DNA of 26,268 bases from positions 1-26,268 of the IMG/VR virus record IMGVR_UViG_3300021516_000018; one strand, 5' to 3'. Of this stretch, positions 6,373-15,625 are shown piece by piece. The translations under genes were made by a program, and so were the position numbers. Each line of letters starts with the position of its first letter. The first letter of the stretch is position 1. Under the pieces are notes generated by a model. That model worked only from the letters and a program-made list of their open reading frames with translations. It ran no database searches and was not told the origin of the DNA. This DNA is from a virus (lineage: Duplodnaviria; Caudoviricetes).

Positions 6373-7112
6373 GTTTTTTCTCCCTGGTGCCACTGATGAA
6401 CGTAGAGTTGCGCTGAGTCCTCGGTGTACTCGCCAAAAACGATGCCATGAGACCATGCTAGCGTGTTGCGTCGTCGCAGCGCATAATCCATGCAAGGAGC
6501 GTCGGCAAGTGTCCCGGGCGACAAACACACCGGATGATCGCTACGGCGCCCTGTTGCCATGCCTGCGCGATGTGCATGAGCCACCACGGTGTTTCCCCAA
6601 GTCTCGGCGGTGTCTCGCAGGAAGTTCTCCGAGTAAAGCAGGCCATGGCCCCAGGAATAGCCGCCCAATTTATACCAGCTCCTGGGCAGCACGTCGTGAT
6701 GTTTGATGAACACCCGGGCATGGCGCTCGATGGGCTCACGCATCTTGTCCCAAATAGCCTCAGCAAAACCACGCACCACGGTGTTGTGGTGGTGTAGATA
6801 TTTGAGCGCTCGTTGGTCGTGGTTTCCGAGTATGAACACCGTAGGTCTAAGAGCATTTAAGAACTCTCGACCGGACTCAATGTCGTCGAGATAGTCGTCT
6901 GCATGATCCGAGTCGTCAGGGTTGGCCAAAGATCCTGCACGCAGGCTGGCAAGGTCGTAGGCGTCACCCAGGTGGATCACCTCGTCGGGTTGGAACTGCT
7001 CCCTAAACAGCAGCACCGCGGCCAAGGCATCTTTGTTTGCCCGGTTACCATGGCTACATCCGATAGCCATCACACGTTTCCGGCCTTGGACAGTTGTCAC
7101 AGATGATTGCAA
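6351..7112 (-). CDS. Calcineurin-like metallophosphoesterase
   Basis: GCSHG, HLGDAYD, GNHD, GHG and AHAHR motifs. The start may be GTG 7100. Confidence 0.85.
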   Translation of the reverse strand: MQSSVTTVQGRKRVMAIGCSHGNRANKDALAAVLLFREQFQPDEVIHLGDAYDLASLRAGSLANPDDSDHADDYLDDIESGREFLNALRPTVFILGNHDQRALKYLHHHNTVVRGFAEAIWDKMREPIERHARVFIKHHDVLPRSWYKLGGYSWGHGLLYSENFLRDTAETWGNTVVAHAHRAGMATGRRSDHPVCLSPGTLADAPCMDYALRRRNTLAWSHGIVFGEYTEDSAQLYVHQWHQGEKTWNLPSF

Positions 7113-7261
7113 GCATTATTTAAAGTGAAACTCAAGCACTATGGCTGCGCGTTTGATTTAAACAGCATGATGCAGCTTTGTTGTCACAATGTTTGCATGG
7201 GTCACTTTTCGAGATGTAGGGCTCGCCAATATGCTCCTGGGCGTGCTTCGAAGAGGCTGCA

Positions 7262-9958
7262 TCAAGCAACATCGAGGTCAACGTAGCGGATTCTGCGGTA
7301 TTGTTCACCGCTTACTGCATCTGTGTAACTAGCCCCGTCTGTAGTCTCTCCAAAACCGTAAGATCTCATTTTTGACCATGCTGTAGCTGGGGTAATGATT
7401 GCACCGCTTGCAGAGATCACCTGATTGATACAGTCGAAGTTGTAAGATCTAAATCCTTTTGATCCGCAATAAGTTGCGACATCCATTTGAGTTACAATCC
7501 AATAATATTGAGATAAGCTTGTATCATACAATTTTTTAGCCTGTATTCCATTTGCGATAAAAGAGTTGTATTGGTTTTCGTCAATGAAGAAAGACGGACC
7601 CCATTGAAGATCTGAACAAGTTGTTGTTGTGTCTTTTGGTATTAAATTTCCCAACGTATCCGACTGCAAATTGCCTCCAGCATCAAAACTATGAATTGGA
7701 CACCAGATTTCACCGTGAGCCAATGGAACAGAACGGTTCCATGATCCAACTTGAGATTCCAACAAGTTCCAAAGAAATGCCGATTTTGGAATCTTATGAT
7801 AGAACTGACCAATTCCATCGTAATCAACAGCGTTAGCCGTTGAACTATACGGAAGATTGAAATAGGTGGACGCAGTCCATCGTATATCAGCAATGTAAGC
7901 TTGCTCGGTGGCAGTTACAGAAATTTGAGTGTACCAAGGGGCCAAACAAGCCATTGTAGGATTGTTTCTATCTTTAAATACATCGTCAGCAACACCAGCG
8001 CTTTGAACTGTTTGATTTGGCCTTCCGAGTATCCTAACAGATGCATCAACACCTTCTTTGCCGCCCCACTTGTTAATCCAAAAATCAGCTCCAAATACAT
8101 TGGTTACTGCTGGAACAAGCGGATCTGTTGTGAATACTCGTTGAAGGTTGTAATCGTAAACACTGCTTGAGAATCCCCACGGTCCACCAGCAGGAATATA
8201 TGAGCAATTTATAGCAGGATAATAACTTGATGCTCCAATTGCTGTTCCAATCTGCGGAAAAACATAACCATACATTCCGATGTAATTGCTCGGTTGAGCA
8301 ATTATGTAAGTTTTCTTTGCGTATATATATGGGCCGTTAGTATATCCAATTGCTGGACTAAATCCTTTTGACCTCCAATCTGTTCGCAACTCCATTATAT
8401 TTGAAGTGCGCTCATAGCTTGGTAAATCGCTGAAAGCAAGCGCGTCAAAATTTTGTATTCCTACAGCAGTGGATACAGCTACTTGTAATCCAATTGAAGT
8501 TAATCTAACGATTCCAACCTTCTCTTCAGAGATATCAGCTACATCGTCATAATTGTTAAGAAATCCCTCTTCGACTGCAATACGTCTTCGGAGATCACGC
8601 ATTGTCTCCATCCACGTTGGGACGTTTCCAGCTAGCCATTGAGTTGCTGCGTTAGGTGAAGCTACATTCTGCGTGTAATAATATTCGGGATAAGCAATTG
8701 AAATATATGTTGTTGTTGGATTTATCTGCCAATACGGATCAGATGCTCCAAAGAACACGTTGCAATCAATAGGGTAGATCCTAATAATTGCATTTGGTCT
8801 TTTGCTGGTCATTACCAATATGTCACCAGAAATCTGAACATTGATTCCAACCCTATTGAGTTGTTCTAAAAACAGCGTCGTGCCAGTAAAAAACCTAATG
8901 TAATCTTCAAACACTTCTCCAGTTAGACTGCTGTAAATTTGAACTCTAGCGCGTCCCCAAGTGAAGATTGCATCACCAATTTTAGTGTTAGCATCGGTTG
9001 GGTCTGCGTATTCTGGATACAATGCGCGAAGGTCATACATGTACCGAGCATCCACCCAAGCGCCCATTGCTCGCATCCACTGGAGAGCAATGAATGGATT
9101 GGCAATGTTGTTGGCTTTAGCGGATCGCTCTACACAAACGGACAGCGATTCTGTTTGTCCGTACATTGGCGGACCTCCGGCAAAGTAAGGAACGTCTCCG
9201 CTGAAATAAGGGAAGAAATAGACACATGCAGTGCCATCTCTCCAGGTGGCCGCCCATGTTCCGTCAGCGCGTCTCCTGAACGATCTGCAACTCATTGCCG
9301 GAACTGTGCGAACATTTGCCGATCCATCTGGCAATTGAAGCAGCACTTTCATGTCTCTGCTGCTGCAATTATGAACCCTCCAGCAATCAAACCTCTTATA
9401 GGAGTTTAGAATTTTGAAGGTAGCAATTCCTTCAACCCTAATCTCAGCAACAGCGATTTTGTGATTGTGAATTCTTCCTGGAGGAAGCGAAGGAATAGAA
9501 CTAACTGACGAAAAGTATGATCTAACGTAAGATAGATAACCAGAATTCCAATCGTCCCAACCTAAATGGACATCATATTCAATACCATCAACAGTCCGTT
9601 TGTGTAACTCAAAAGACTTTTGAATCGCTTCAATGTTGCAATATGTAGAGTTGAAAGAATTAACATAGTGATCAACGTAAACTTGACCACCACCAACATC
9701 TAAGTGTTTGCTTTCTAATTTTGAAAGCTCAATGGCAATCTGAGTTTGTGTGAGTGTGTTTCCAGTTATATAAAAGCTAGTGTCTGGATCCCTGGAATAA
9801 TCATACTGAACTCCAAATGGTATTTTAGAGTTAAGACCAACCACAAACGGAGTCTTGCCGTCTAAAGTTCTGACGCACTTATTGTCGAAACGAGAGTACA
9901 GATCATTGAGATTACTGGCACTCCACATCTTGTCTTTTCTATCAATTGCCAATGGCAT
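7262..9958 (-). CDS. Large tail-tip / receptor-binding structural protein (898 aa)
   Basis: Last gene of the tail module; aromatic- and beta-rich; visibly AT-richer than its flanks. Confidence 0.55.
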   Translation of the reverse strand: MPLAIDRKDKMWSASNLNDLYSRFDNKCVRTLDGKTPFVVGLNSKIPFGVQYDYSRDPDTSFYITGNTLTQTQIAIELSKLESKHLDVGGGQVYVDHYVNSFNSTYCNIEAIQKSFELHKRTVDGIEYDVHLGWDDWNSGYLSYVRSYFSSVSSIPSLPPGRIHNHKIAVAEIRVEGIATFKILNSYKRFDCWRVHNCSSRDMKVLLQLPDGSANVRTVPAMSCRSFRRRADGTWAATWRDGTACVYFFPYFSGDVPYFAGGPPMYGQTESLSVCVERSAKANNIANPFIALQWMRAMGAWVDARYMYDLRALYPEYADPTDANTKIGDAIFTWGRARVQIYSSLTGEVFEDYIRFFTGTTLFLEQLNRVGINVQISGDILVMTSKRPNAIIRIYPIDCNVFFGASDPYWQINPTTTYISIAYPEYYYTQNVASPNAATQWLAGNVPTWMETMRDLRRRIAVEEGFLNNYDDVADISEEKVGIVRLTSIGLQVAVSTAVGIQNFDALAFSDLPSYERTSNIMELRTDWRSKGFSPAIGYTNGPYIYAKKTYIIAQPSNYIGMYGYVFPQIGTAIGASSYYPAINCSYIPAGGPWGFSSSVYDYNLQRVFTTDPLVPAVTNVFGADFWINKWGGKEGVDASVRILGRPNQTVQSAGVADDVFKDRNNPTMACLAPWYTQISVTATEQAYIADIRWTASTYFNLPYSSTANAVDYDGIGQFYHKIPKSAFLWNLLESQVGSWNRSVPLAHGEIWCPIHSFDAGGNLQSDTLGNLIPKDTTTTCSDLQWGPSFFIDENQYNSFIANGIQAKKLYDTSLSQYYWIVTQMDVATYCGSKGFRSYNFDCINQVISASGAIITPATAWSKMRSYGFGETTDGASYTDAVSGEQYRRIRYVDLDVA

Positions 9959-9959
9959 A

Positions 9960-10169
9960 TCAGTAGAACCAGGACTCCTCGGAAGTCTGTACCGTGCTCG
10001 ACATCACCGGGGTCTTCAACACCGTGCCGTTGGCATTCTGCTCGACCCGTTGGCCAGGCCCGGCGACGAGCTGGACCCGTCGCACGGCCTCGATAAGTTG
10101 ATTGATGGCTCGGGCATGGTCTGCCTTAAAGCCAGTCTCGGCCAGTTTTGCAGGCAGTTGAATTGCCAT
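9960..10169 (-). CDS. Small tail-associated hypothetical protein
   Basis: Tightly packed in the tail operon; ARAINQLIEAVRR helix. Confidence 0.65.
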   Translation of the reverse strand: MAIQLPAKLAETGFKADHARAINQLIEAVRRVQLVAGPGQRVEQNANGTVLKTPVMSSTVQTSEESWFY

Positions 10170-10175
10170 GGCTGG

Positions 10176-10532
10176 TTAGATCTCGCAGAACTGCGCGAAG
10201 ATCTTCACGGGGCTGTTGGAGGCCTTGACATACATCGTCGCATCAACCCAAGGGATCAGGATGAACTGCCCGGCCGGGATCTGGAACGAGTAGGGTGATG
10301 AAGGTCCGATTGAGACCGCATTGACTAGGTCCAGATTAACCACCAGGAGCCGATAGGGCGTCCCAAGGTCAGCGGTCAGGTCTAGAGCCTCGTCGGTCGT
10401 ACCGACCACCTGGGTCTGCTGTCCCATGTCGGTGCCGGTCATGTTGGCCACCGTGCTGTAGGACAGTGAGTTGATAACGGCTCCGCCTTTGGAGGCGTAA
10501 AGCCGCGCGGACATCTCGACTTCGTTGGCCAT
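10176..10532 (-). CDS. Virion beta-rich protein, paralogue of 10545..10907
   Basis: MANEVEMSARLYASKGGA...GTDMGQQTQ...PYRLLVVNLD...IPAG...AQFCEI. Confidence 0.75.
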   Translation of the reverse strand: MANEVEMSARLYASKGGAVINSLSYSTVANMTGTDMGQQTQVVGTTDEALDLTADLGTPYRLLVVNLDLVNAVSIGPSSPYSFQIPAGQFILIPWVDATMYVKASNSPVKIFAQFCEI

Positions 10533-10544
10533 AGTGTTGGTGCG

Positions 10545-10907
10545 TTAAATCTCGCAGAATGTGGCTTGGATCGTCACATCAGACGTGTCTGCTCGGATGT
10601 AAATGGTCGCGCTCACATATGGAATCAAGAGTGTTTCACCCGCTGGGATACGCATCGTATAGGTTCCCGATACAAAACCAAGCTGGACGAAGTTGGTAGC
10701 GTCTAGGTTGCTTATCAACAGCTTGTAAGGAGATGACACATCTGTCGGCACGTTCAGCGATTCGACAGCAGCATATCCGATGATTTGAGTCTGGCTGCCC
10801 ATGTCGGTGCCGACCATGGTGGCGCTCTTGGTGTAGGTTACGCTGGGAAGGTATGCGCCGTTTTTAGAGGCGTACAACCGAGCCGTCATTTGGATTTCGT
10901 CTGCCAT
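10545..10907 (-). CDS. Virion beta-rich protein, paralogue of 10176..10532
   Basis: MADEIQMTARLYASKNGA...GTDMGSQTQ...PYKLLISNLD...IPAG...ATFCEI. Confidence 0.75.
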   Translation of the reverse strand: MADEIQMTARLYASKNGAYLPSVTYTKSATMVGTDMGSQTQIIGYAAVESLNVPTDVSSPYKLLISNLDATNFVQLGFVSGTYTMRIPAGETLLIPYVSATIYIRADTSDVTIQATFCEI

Positions 10908-10925
10908 AGTGTTAGTGGGTAGGTG

Positions 10926-11765
10926 TTAAATGAATGGGTAAATATCGGTGTCGTAAGGAGCGAAGGTCCAGGAGATGTTCTGCTCAACCATGTTCGTCTT
11001 GGTTATCAGGGTCGAAGAATAGTTCGTCTGTTTCCAACCCCAGATTGTTCCACTAGGAGCCATCACTTTGCCGGTCCTTAAGTCGATAGGAACATTAGGA
11101 AGCATTGTGTAGACCGAGAACGGAAGGGCCCATGATGTTATAAAGCTCGAAGGTAAATAGACAGGCGGAATGCCCTGTGGGACTTGCGGTAGTCCTAATG
11201 TTCCCGAGAACGTGGCCACGCGGCTGAGGCTAATTCTGGCCAGTGGAAAAGAGTCTTCTCCTCGGCATAGTTTCTGGAATACTTTTCTGGCTATTGGAAG
11301 ATTACCAAGTGGAGACACATCGGTCAGTTTAAGGCCATTGCTTACGGTCTCTTCAAGTGTCTTCTTGTAGAAGGCAGGGTCACCGATGGATTCAGCCTCG
11401 GCAGCCACAGCAGGTAAAGCGAATAGCGATACGTCTAGGTAATCTGTTCTGAACTCATAGCGTATGTCAGGAGCCTCTTGGCCAGCTACCGGAATGTATG
11501 ATGTTCCTAATGGATCACCTGCATCAATGTAATTTGGTCCTGAGAAAATAACACTTGCTGACGAATAAGGACCATCTTCTACAACGTTGTATTTTGCTCC
11601 TACTCTTGACCAAAAATTAGTGGCATCTCTAATGGCCTGCTTTGTTCCTCTATATTCAAACGTCCATACTGGTCCGGTTCCAGAACCGGATTGATCGAAC
11701 CGGCGATTAACCTCGATGTATCCCGGGAAGTTGGACAGCGCGGTTGATTGATGAATCGTTGCCAT
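10926..11765 (-). CDS. Putative distal tail / tail-tip protein
   Basis: Immediately downstream of the tape measure gene; likely start ATG 11765 (MATIHQ). Confidence 0.55.
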   Translation of the reverse strand: MATIHQSTALSNFPGYIEVNRRFDQSGSGTGPVWTFEYRGTKQAIRDATNFWSRVGAKYNVVEDGPYSSASVIFSGPNYIDAGDPLGTSYIPVAGQEAPDIRYEFRTDYLDVSLFALPAVAAEAESIGDPAFYKKTLEETVSNGLKLTDVSPLGNLPIARKVFQKLCRGEDSFPLARISLSRVATFSGTLGLPQVPQGIPPVYLPSSFITSWALPFSVYTMLPNVPIDLRTGKVMAPSGTIWGWKQTNYSSTLITKTNMVEQNISWTFAPYDTDIYPFI

Positions 11766-11766
11766 T

Positions 11767-12843
11767 TTATTGAGAAACGGCATCGGCCGTCTTCTTGGTG
11801 TTTTTAGATATGTCTCTAATATCCAATGCCTGCGTTCTTACATTTCCGAAATATTTATCCATGTTGGATTGAAAAGCAGTGAATCCACCTGTCCTTGCGA
11901 GCTGGTCTCCGGTAGAAGCAGAGACTGCAACGGTTTTAACATTCGTCTGTTCCAAAATCTGAGTTTTTTTCCGTAGTTCTTCGCGCCGCTGCCGCTCGAT
12001 CCTCTTATCTTCTACTTCGGCGTCCATTTCGTCCATTGCAGTCCTTCGAGATTGAGAGAATTGCTGGAACCAGTTTTCAATCTGGAAGCCTGCACGTCCT
12101 GGATCAAACATAGCACCAAAGAATCCTTGGATGCCGGCGCCCAGGGCATCCAGTTGTCGCAGGAGAGGTGCTCCTAGGTCGGCGATCAAGGTTCCGATAC
12201 CGACCTCAAGCCCTTTCTTCATGGTGTCGACTCGGTCGTTGAACTCGTCCAAAGATGCGACAACTTCGTTGGACATGATCAGGCCGAGGTTTCGAGCTTG
12301 TTCAGCCGCCTTGCTTAACCCTTCAGACATTGCGGGAATCAGTGATCCGGCTCCTTTGCCGGCCAATTCGCGGAAAGGCCCGACCAGTTTTTGTGGATCA
12401 ATTCCTGATTCAAATTTTTTGCCTAGGGCTTGAAAAAGTCCTTCGCCACCGAGTTCTTTAATCTGCTTCATCGACACACCCATAGCTGCAAAGTTGTCGA
12501 TGGTAGCCTGGTCGCCTGCCAAGGCTTTCATTCTGGCGATTGATATTTTCTCAATAGCTCCGGCCACGTCTTCAAGGCTTCCTCCTGATTGCTCGGCCGC
12601 ATATTGCATCTCCTGTAGGAACTCGACAGACACACCAAGTCGGGTCGAAAGGTCGTTAAGCTTGCCGGCGGTCTCAATAGCCTTCGCTCCAAACTCGACA
12701 AGCTTGTTGACGGCAAACATTCCAGCCAAGGCTCCCGAAATCTCCTGACCGATGCCTTTGGCCATCGATTGCGATTTCTTTAATCCGGTCTCGAAGGCTG
12801 TTCCGTCTAGGCCGAGTTTTGCGATTAGCGAGAAAATAGCCAT
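11767..12843 (-). CDS. Tail tape measure protein (short, 358 aa)
   Basis: LIAKLGLDGTAFETGL N-terminus, LNDLSTRLGVSVEFLQEMQYAAEQSG motif, helical A/G-rich composition, position after tube and chaperone genes. Confidence 0.85.
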   Translation of the reverse strand: MAIFSLIAKLGLDGTAFETGLKKSQSMAKGIGQEISGALAGMFAVNKLVEFGAKAIETAGKLNDLSTRLGVSVEFLQEMQYAAEQSGGSLEDVAGAIEKISIARMKALAGDQATIDNFAAMGVSMKQIKELGGEGLFQALGKKFESGIDPQKLVGPFRELAGKGAGSLIPAMSEGLSKAAEQARNLGLIMSNEVVASLDEFNDRVDTMKKGLEVGIGTLIADLGAPLLRQLDALGAGIQGFFGAMFDPGRAGFQIENWFQQFSQSRRTAMDEMDAEVEDKRIERQRREELRKKTQILEQTNVKTVAVSASTGDQLARTGGFTAFQSNMDKYFGNVRTQALDIRDISKNTKKTADAVSQ

Positions 12844-12847
12844 GGCG

Positions 12848-13411
12848 TCAGTTCTTGATTGGTTCCTGCTGTTTCATCCACCGCCATAAAGCCTCGTCCT
12901 TGGGGTTCCACAGCTCTATGTCGCCGTGAGTCTCAGCACGCGCCAAAACAAGGCGCTCGGCGTCACCGATAGGCATGGCCAGGACAGTGTCCTCTTGGAG
13001 ACCGATCTCTAGGCAGCACGCCAGCATCCTCTCAGGCCACGGCATTGCGAGCTGCTTCAATACGCCTGGTTTGCTAAGGATCTCTGGGGCGGTTGATTGG
13101 TCAGACATCCATTCGTTCCACTTGTCCATCTCGGACTCGAAAGACAGGCGCCTCACTTTCCAGGTCCAGGCCTTCAAAGCTAGGTTGCGAAACGGTGAAT
13201 ACATGGCAGCCATCGAATCTTTAATAGGCTGCGAGCATACCAGCACCGCGGTCATAAGATCCGCGCGGCCTACATGACCACCGACAACCATAGGCGAACC
13301 GATGCGATGGAGCACCAGGGAATGCCCCACCGAATACGGCACCAATCGGAGCCCCATTACAATCGGACAGGGCTTTGACGTAGCAGTCAGGATGGCGGCT
13401 AGGCTGCTCAC
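12848..13411 (-). CDS. Putative tail assembly chaperone
   Basis: Between tail tube and tape measure genes; likely GTG start at 13411 overlapping the upstream TGA. Confidence 0.55.
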   Translation of the reverse strand: MSSLAAILTATSKPCPIVMGLRLVPYSVGHSLVLHRIGSPMVVGGHVGRADLMTAVLVCSQPIKDSMAAMYSPFRNLALKAWTWKVRRLSFESEMDKWNEWMSDQSTAPEILSKPGVLKQLAMPWPERMLACCLEIGLQEDTVLAMPIGDAERLVLARAETHGDIELWNPKDEALWRWMKQQEPIKN

Positions 13412-13884
13412 AGGTTGGTCGCGGCGCCGGATGCTGCGATGCTGGGATATTTCTTCAACGTAATCGTTCCGGTCGATTTTCCGCTCTGAGTAGTCTTGAT
13501 CGAACCGCCGCCTGCGTAGATCCAACGGTTGGATGTATCGGCGTTGATGGCATTGGTAAATCCACCCATGACGATGACAGGTGCCCCGGTGATGATTGCG
13601 GTGCCGTTGACGTTGGGAAGGCTGGCGGACAGCAGAGCGTTAGCGGTTGATGTCCCAGAAGGGATGAAGTTGACGGTCAACGTAATCCGGTTGTTGTATC
13701 CGATGTGACCGACCACCTCGCCGGAGCTGTCGCGAACCTCCTCGGTATCAGCCTCATGGCTGATATCGTAGGACTCAAGGTCTGGTGATATCACTGCGGC
13801 CATGATTTCGGCGCCGGCTGCATTGTAGAGATTTAGGGTAGCCGGTGATCCGAAAATGTATTTCCTGCCTTGCGTGTTAGCCAT
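13408..13884 (-). CDS. Putative major tail tube protein
   Basis: 158 aa, beta-rich, ADTEEVRDSSGE loop, gene order, A/C-rich leader. Confidence 0.65.
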   Translation of the reverse strand: MANTQGRKYIFGSPATLNLYNAAGAEIMAAVISPDLESYDISHEADTEEVRDSSGEVVGHIGYNNRITLTVNFIPSGTSTANALLSASLPNVNGTAIITGAPVIVMGGFTNAINADTSNRWIYAGGGSIKTTQSGKSTGTITLKKYPSIAASGAATNL

Positions 13885-13896
13885 GTGTGTTTTGGT

Positions 13897-14379
13897 TTAG
13901 AGGGTTGCGGAACAGTAGAGGGTGAATGTCCTGGTGAACGTCCTAGACCGATTAGAGATTGAGGATGCACCAAAGTCCAGAGGGGCGGCGAATTGCGCCG
14001 TAAATGGGCCGCTGGCGTCGTTTGCTGCGGCATCGAGGGCAGAAGCCCCGGTGTCGTCGAAGAGCGGCAGGATCCGATTGTCGAGCACCTGGACGGTGGT
14101 CAGCATTGCCGACTCGTCGGTGTCGTCGGCAGATAGCTGTAGCTCGACGGCGATCTCGATCTCACAGGTCAGATCGGTGCGCTGCATTGGCCTGGCTGAA
14201 TTGGTCGAGACAATCAGGCGCGGGAAGTTGGGCATGACGTCCTGGTCGTCGGGGTCGTCGTAGAGGCCGCGGCTGTAGGACGTCAGGCAGGTGGGCGTGC
14301 CGGCGCCGGATGCCGACCAGTCGGCGGCCGCCAGGTAGTCAGCGACTGCAAGTTCTGCTCTTAGGGCTACGGCGTTCAT
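13897..14379 (-). CDS. Putative tail terminator protein
   Basis: Acidic 160-aa protein upstream of the tube gene; FPRLIV motif. Confidence 0.5.
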   Translation of the reverse strand: MNAVALRAELAVADYLAAADWSASGAGTPTCLTSYSRGLYDDPDDQDVMPNFPRLIVSTNSARPMQRTDLTCEIEIAVELQLSADDTDESAMLTTVQVLDNRILPLFDDTGASALDAAANDASGPFTAQFAAPLDFGASSISNRSRTFTRTFTLYCSATL

Positions 14380-15173
14380 TTAATTGAGATCCCGTTATCT
14401 TCGAGAACCTTACCGTTGGCCAGGAGGGCCTCGGTCATGTGATTGACCATCTCAGTCGTCTCGTCGTCGAAAGCTTTCTGCATGGCCGTGTTGTAGATGC
14501 CGGCCACCCGGTTGTATTGGCTGTCGGCCACACCGGCAGTCATGACTACCGAGGCTGTCGGGTTAAAGCCTGGGACAGCCTGAAATCCTCGGGCCTTAGT
14601 GCCCTTGTGCGTGGCGACGTTCTCCTCGTTGAGGCCGTACTGATTGGCAAGTGAGACCAGGGCGGCGTTGGTCTGCTTCGGCGCCTTGTAGCCGGAAGGC
14701 TTCGAAAGCGGCTTCCACTTGGCGCTCTGAAACTGGCTGAAGCCCTGGTTGTAGACTCGGATCATCTTCACCACACCGGATCGGAGGTAGCCGACCGATC
14801 CAATAGCCTTCCGCATCAGGGCCGAGGCTGCTGCCTTCATCTCTTCGCCATAGAGGCCGCGGCGACCGCCCTTAGCTTCCTTCGACTGAGCGATGAGATG
14901 CACCCGGCGAAGGATGCGAGATTTACCGACCCGCTTGCCGGTCTTCTTAGACTTCCGGTTGATGTCACCGACGGGCGTCCCTAGGTAGTCGGAGATCCGG
15001 CGCCGCTCCTGGCCTGGGCTCTTAGGCGGCACCAAGACGAACAGCCGAACCATCAAATAAAAGAACCGGCTATTGATCGCCTTATGAAGGTCTCGAGAAG
15101 TGCTCAATAGATACTGCTTCATGGCAGCGTCGAAGTTGCTCGAGTCGACCGTCATGTTGACGACAGGTCTCAC
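14376..15173 (-). CDS. Putative tail completion / neck protein (basic)
   Basis: Arg/Lys-rich, between head-closure and terminator genes; SVGYLRSG motif. Confidence 0.5.
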   Translation of the reverse strand: MRPVVNMTVDSSNFDAAMKQYLLSTSRDLHKAINSRFFYLMVRLFVLVPPKSPGQERRRISDYLGTPVGDINRKSKKTGKRVGKSRILRRVHLIAQSKEAKGGRRGLYGEEMKAAASALMRKAIGSVGYLRSGVVKMIRVYNQGFSQFQSAKWKPLSKPSGYKAPKQTNAALVSLANQYGLNEENVATHKGTKARGFQAVPGFNPTASVVMTAGVADSQYNRVAGIYNTAMQKAFDDETTEMVNHMTEALLANGKVLEDNGISIK

Positions 15174-15625
15174 TTGGTCTTGGCCCCCAGCTCGAGATTG
15201 TAGTAGGCGCCGGAGGCATCCACACGGCAGGACAGGATGCGGAGGGTGCGGCCTTGATAGACCAGAGTCCTACCGACCACCGGCTTTGGCTTGCAGAAGG
15301 TTAGGGCGATGCGGTCGGTGTTCTCTAGGAGAACGAAGCCGGCGTCCTCACGTTGCAGCCTTGAGAATCTGGTCCCCTGGTCGAGCGTGTAGAGTGTGCT
15401 GTCCATTGAGACCAGCGTGCTGTCGCAGGTCTTCCAGTCGCTGAACATGACCAGGATCCTCGAGGTCACGTTGTCCTGGAACCCACCGGAGATGGGCACG
15501 TTGGCATCGTTGACGGCTGCCGGGATGCACCGGATCGACGTCCCCTGCCAGATGAACATCGGCGCCCCTAGCATCTGCTGGAGCACCGCCATGCCCTGCT
15601 GGAGACTGGATCCGATGGTGGTCAT
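15170..15625 (-). CDS. Putative head-closure protein with an inserted peptide segment
   Basis: C-terminal KPVVGRTLVYQGRTLRILS resembles FII-like stoppers; apparent insertion at aa 66-108. Confidence 0.55.
   Translation of the reverse strand: MTTIGSSLQQGMAVLQQMLGAPMFIWQGTSIRCIPAAVNDANVPISGGFQDNVTSRILVMFSDWKTCDSTLVSMDSTLYTLDQGTRFSRLQREDAGFVLLENTDRIALTFCKPKPVVGRTLVYQGRTLRILSCRVDASGAYYNLELGAKTK

Noticed and set aside
7113-7290. Small ORFs in the gap after the 898-aa gene (40 aa minus; ~53 aa plus, Cys-rich)
   Set aside because: No recognisable motif or convincing start context.
12848-13411. Programmed -1 frameshift in the tail chaperone
   Set aside because: A single ORF fills the space to the tape measure gene, and no clear slippery heptamer was noticed.
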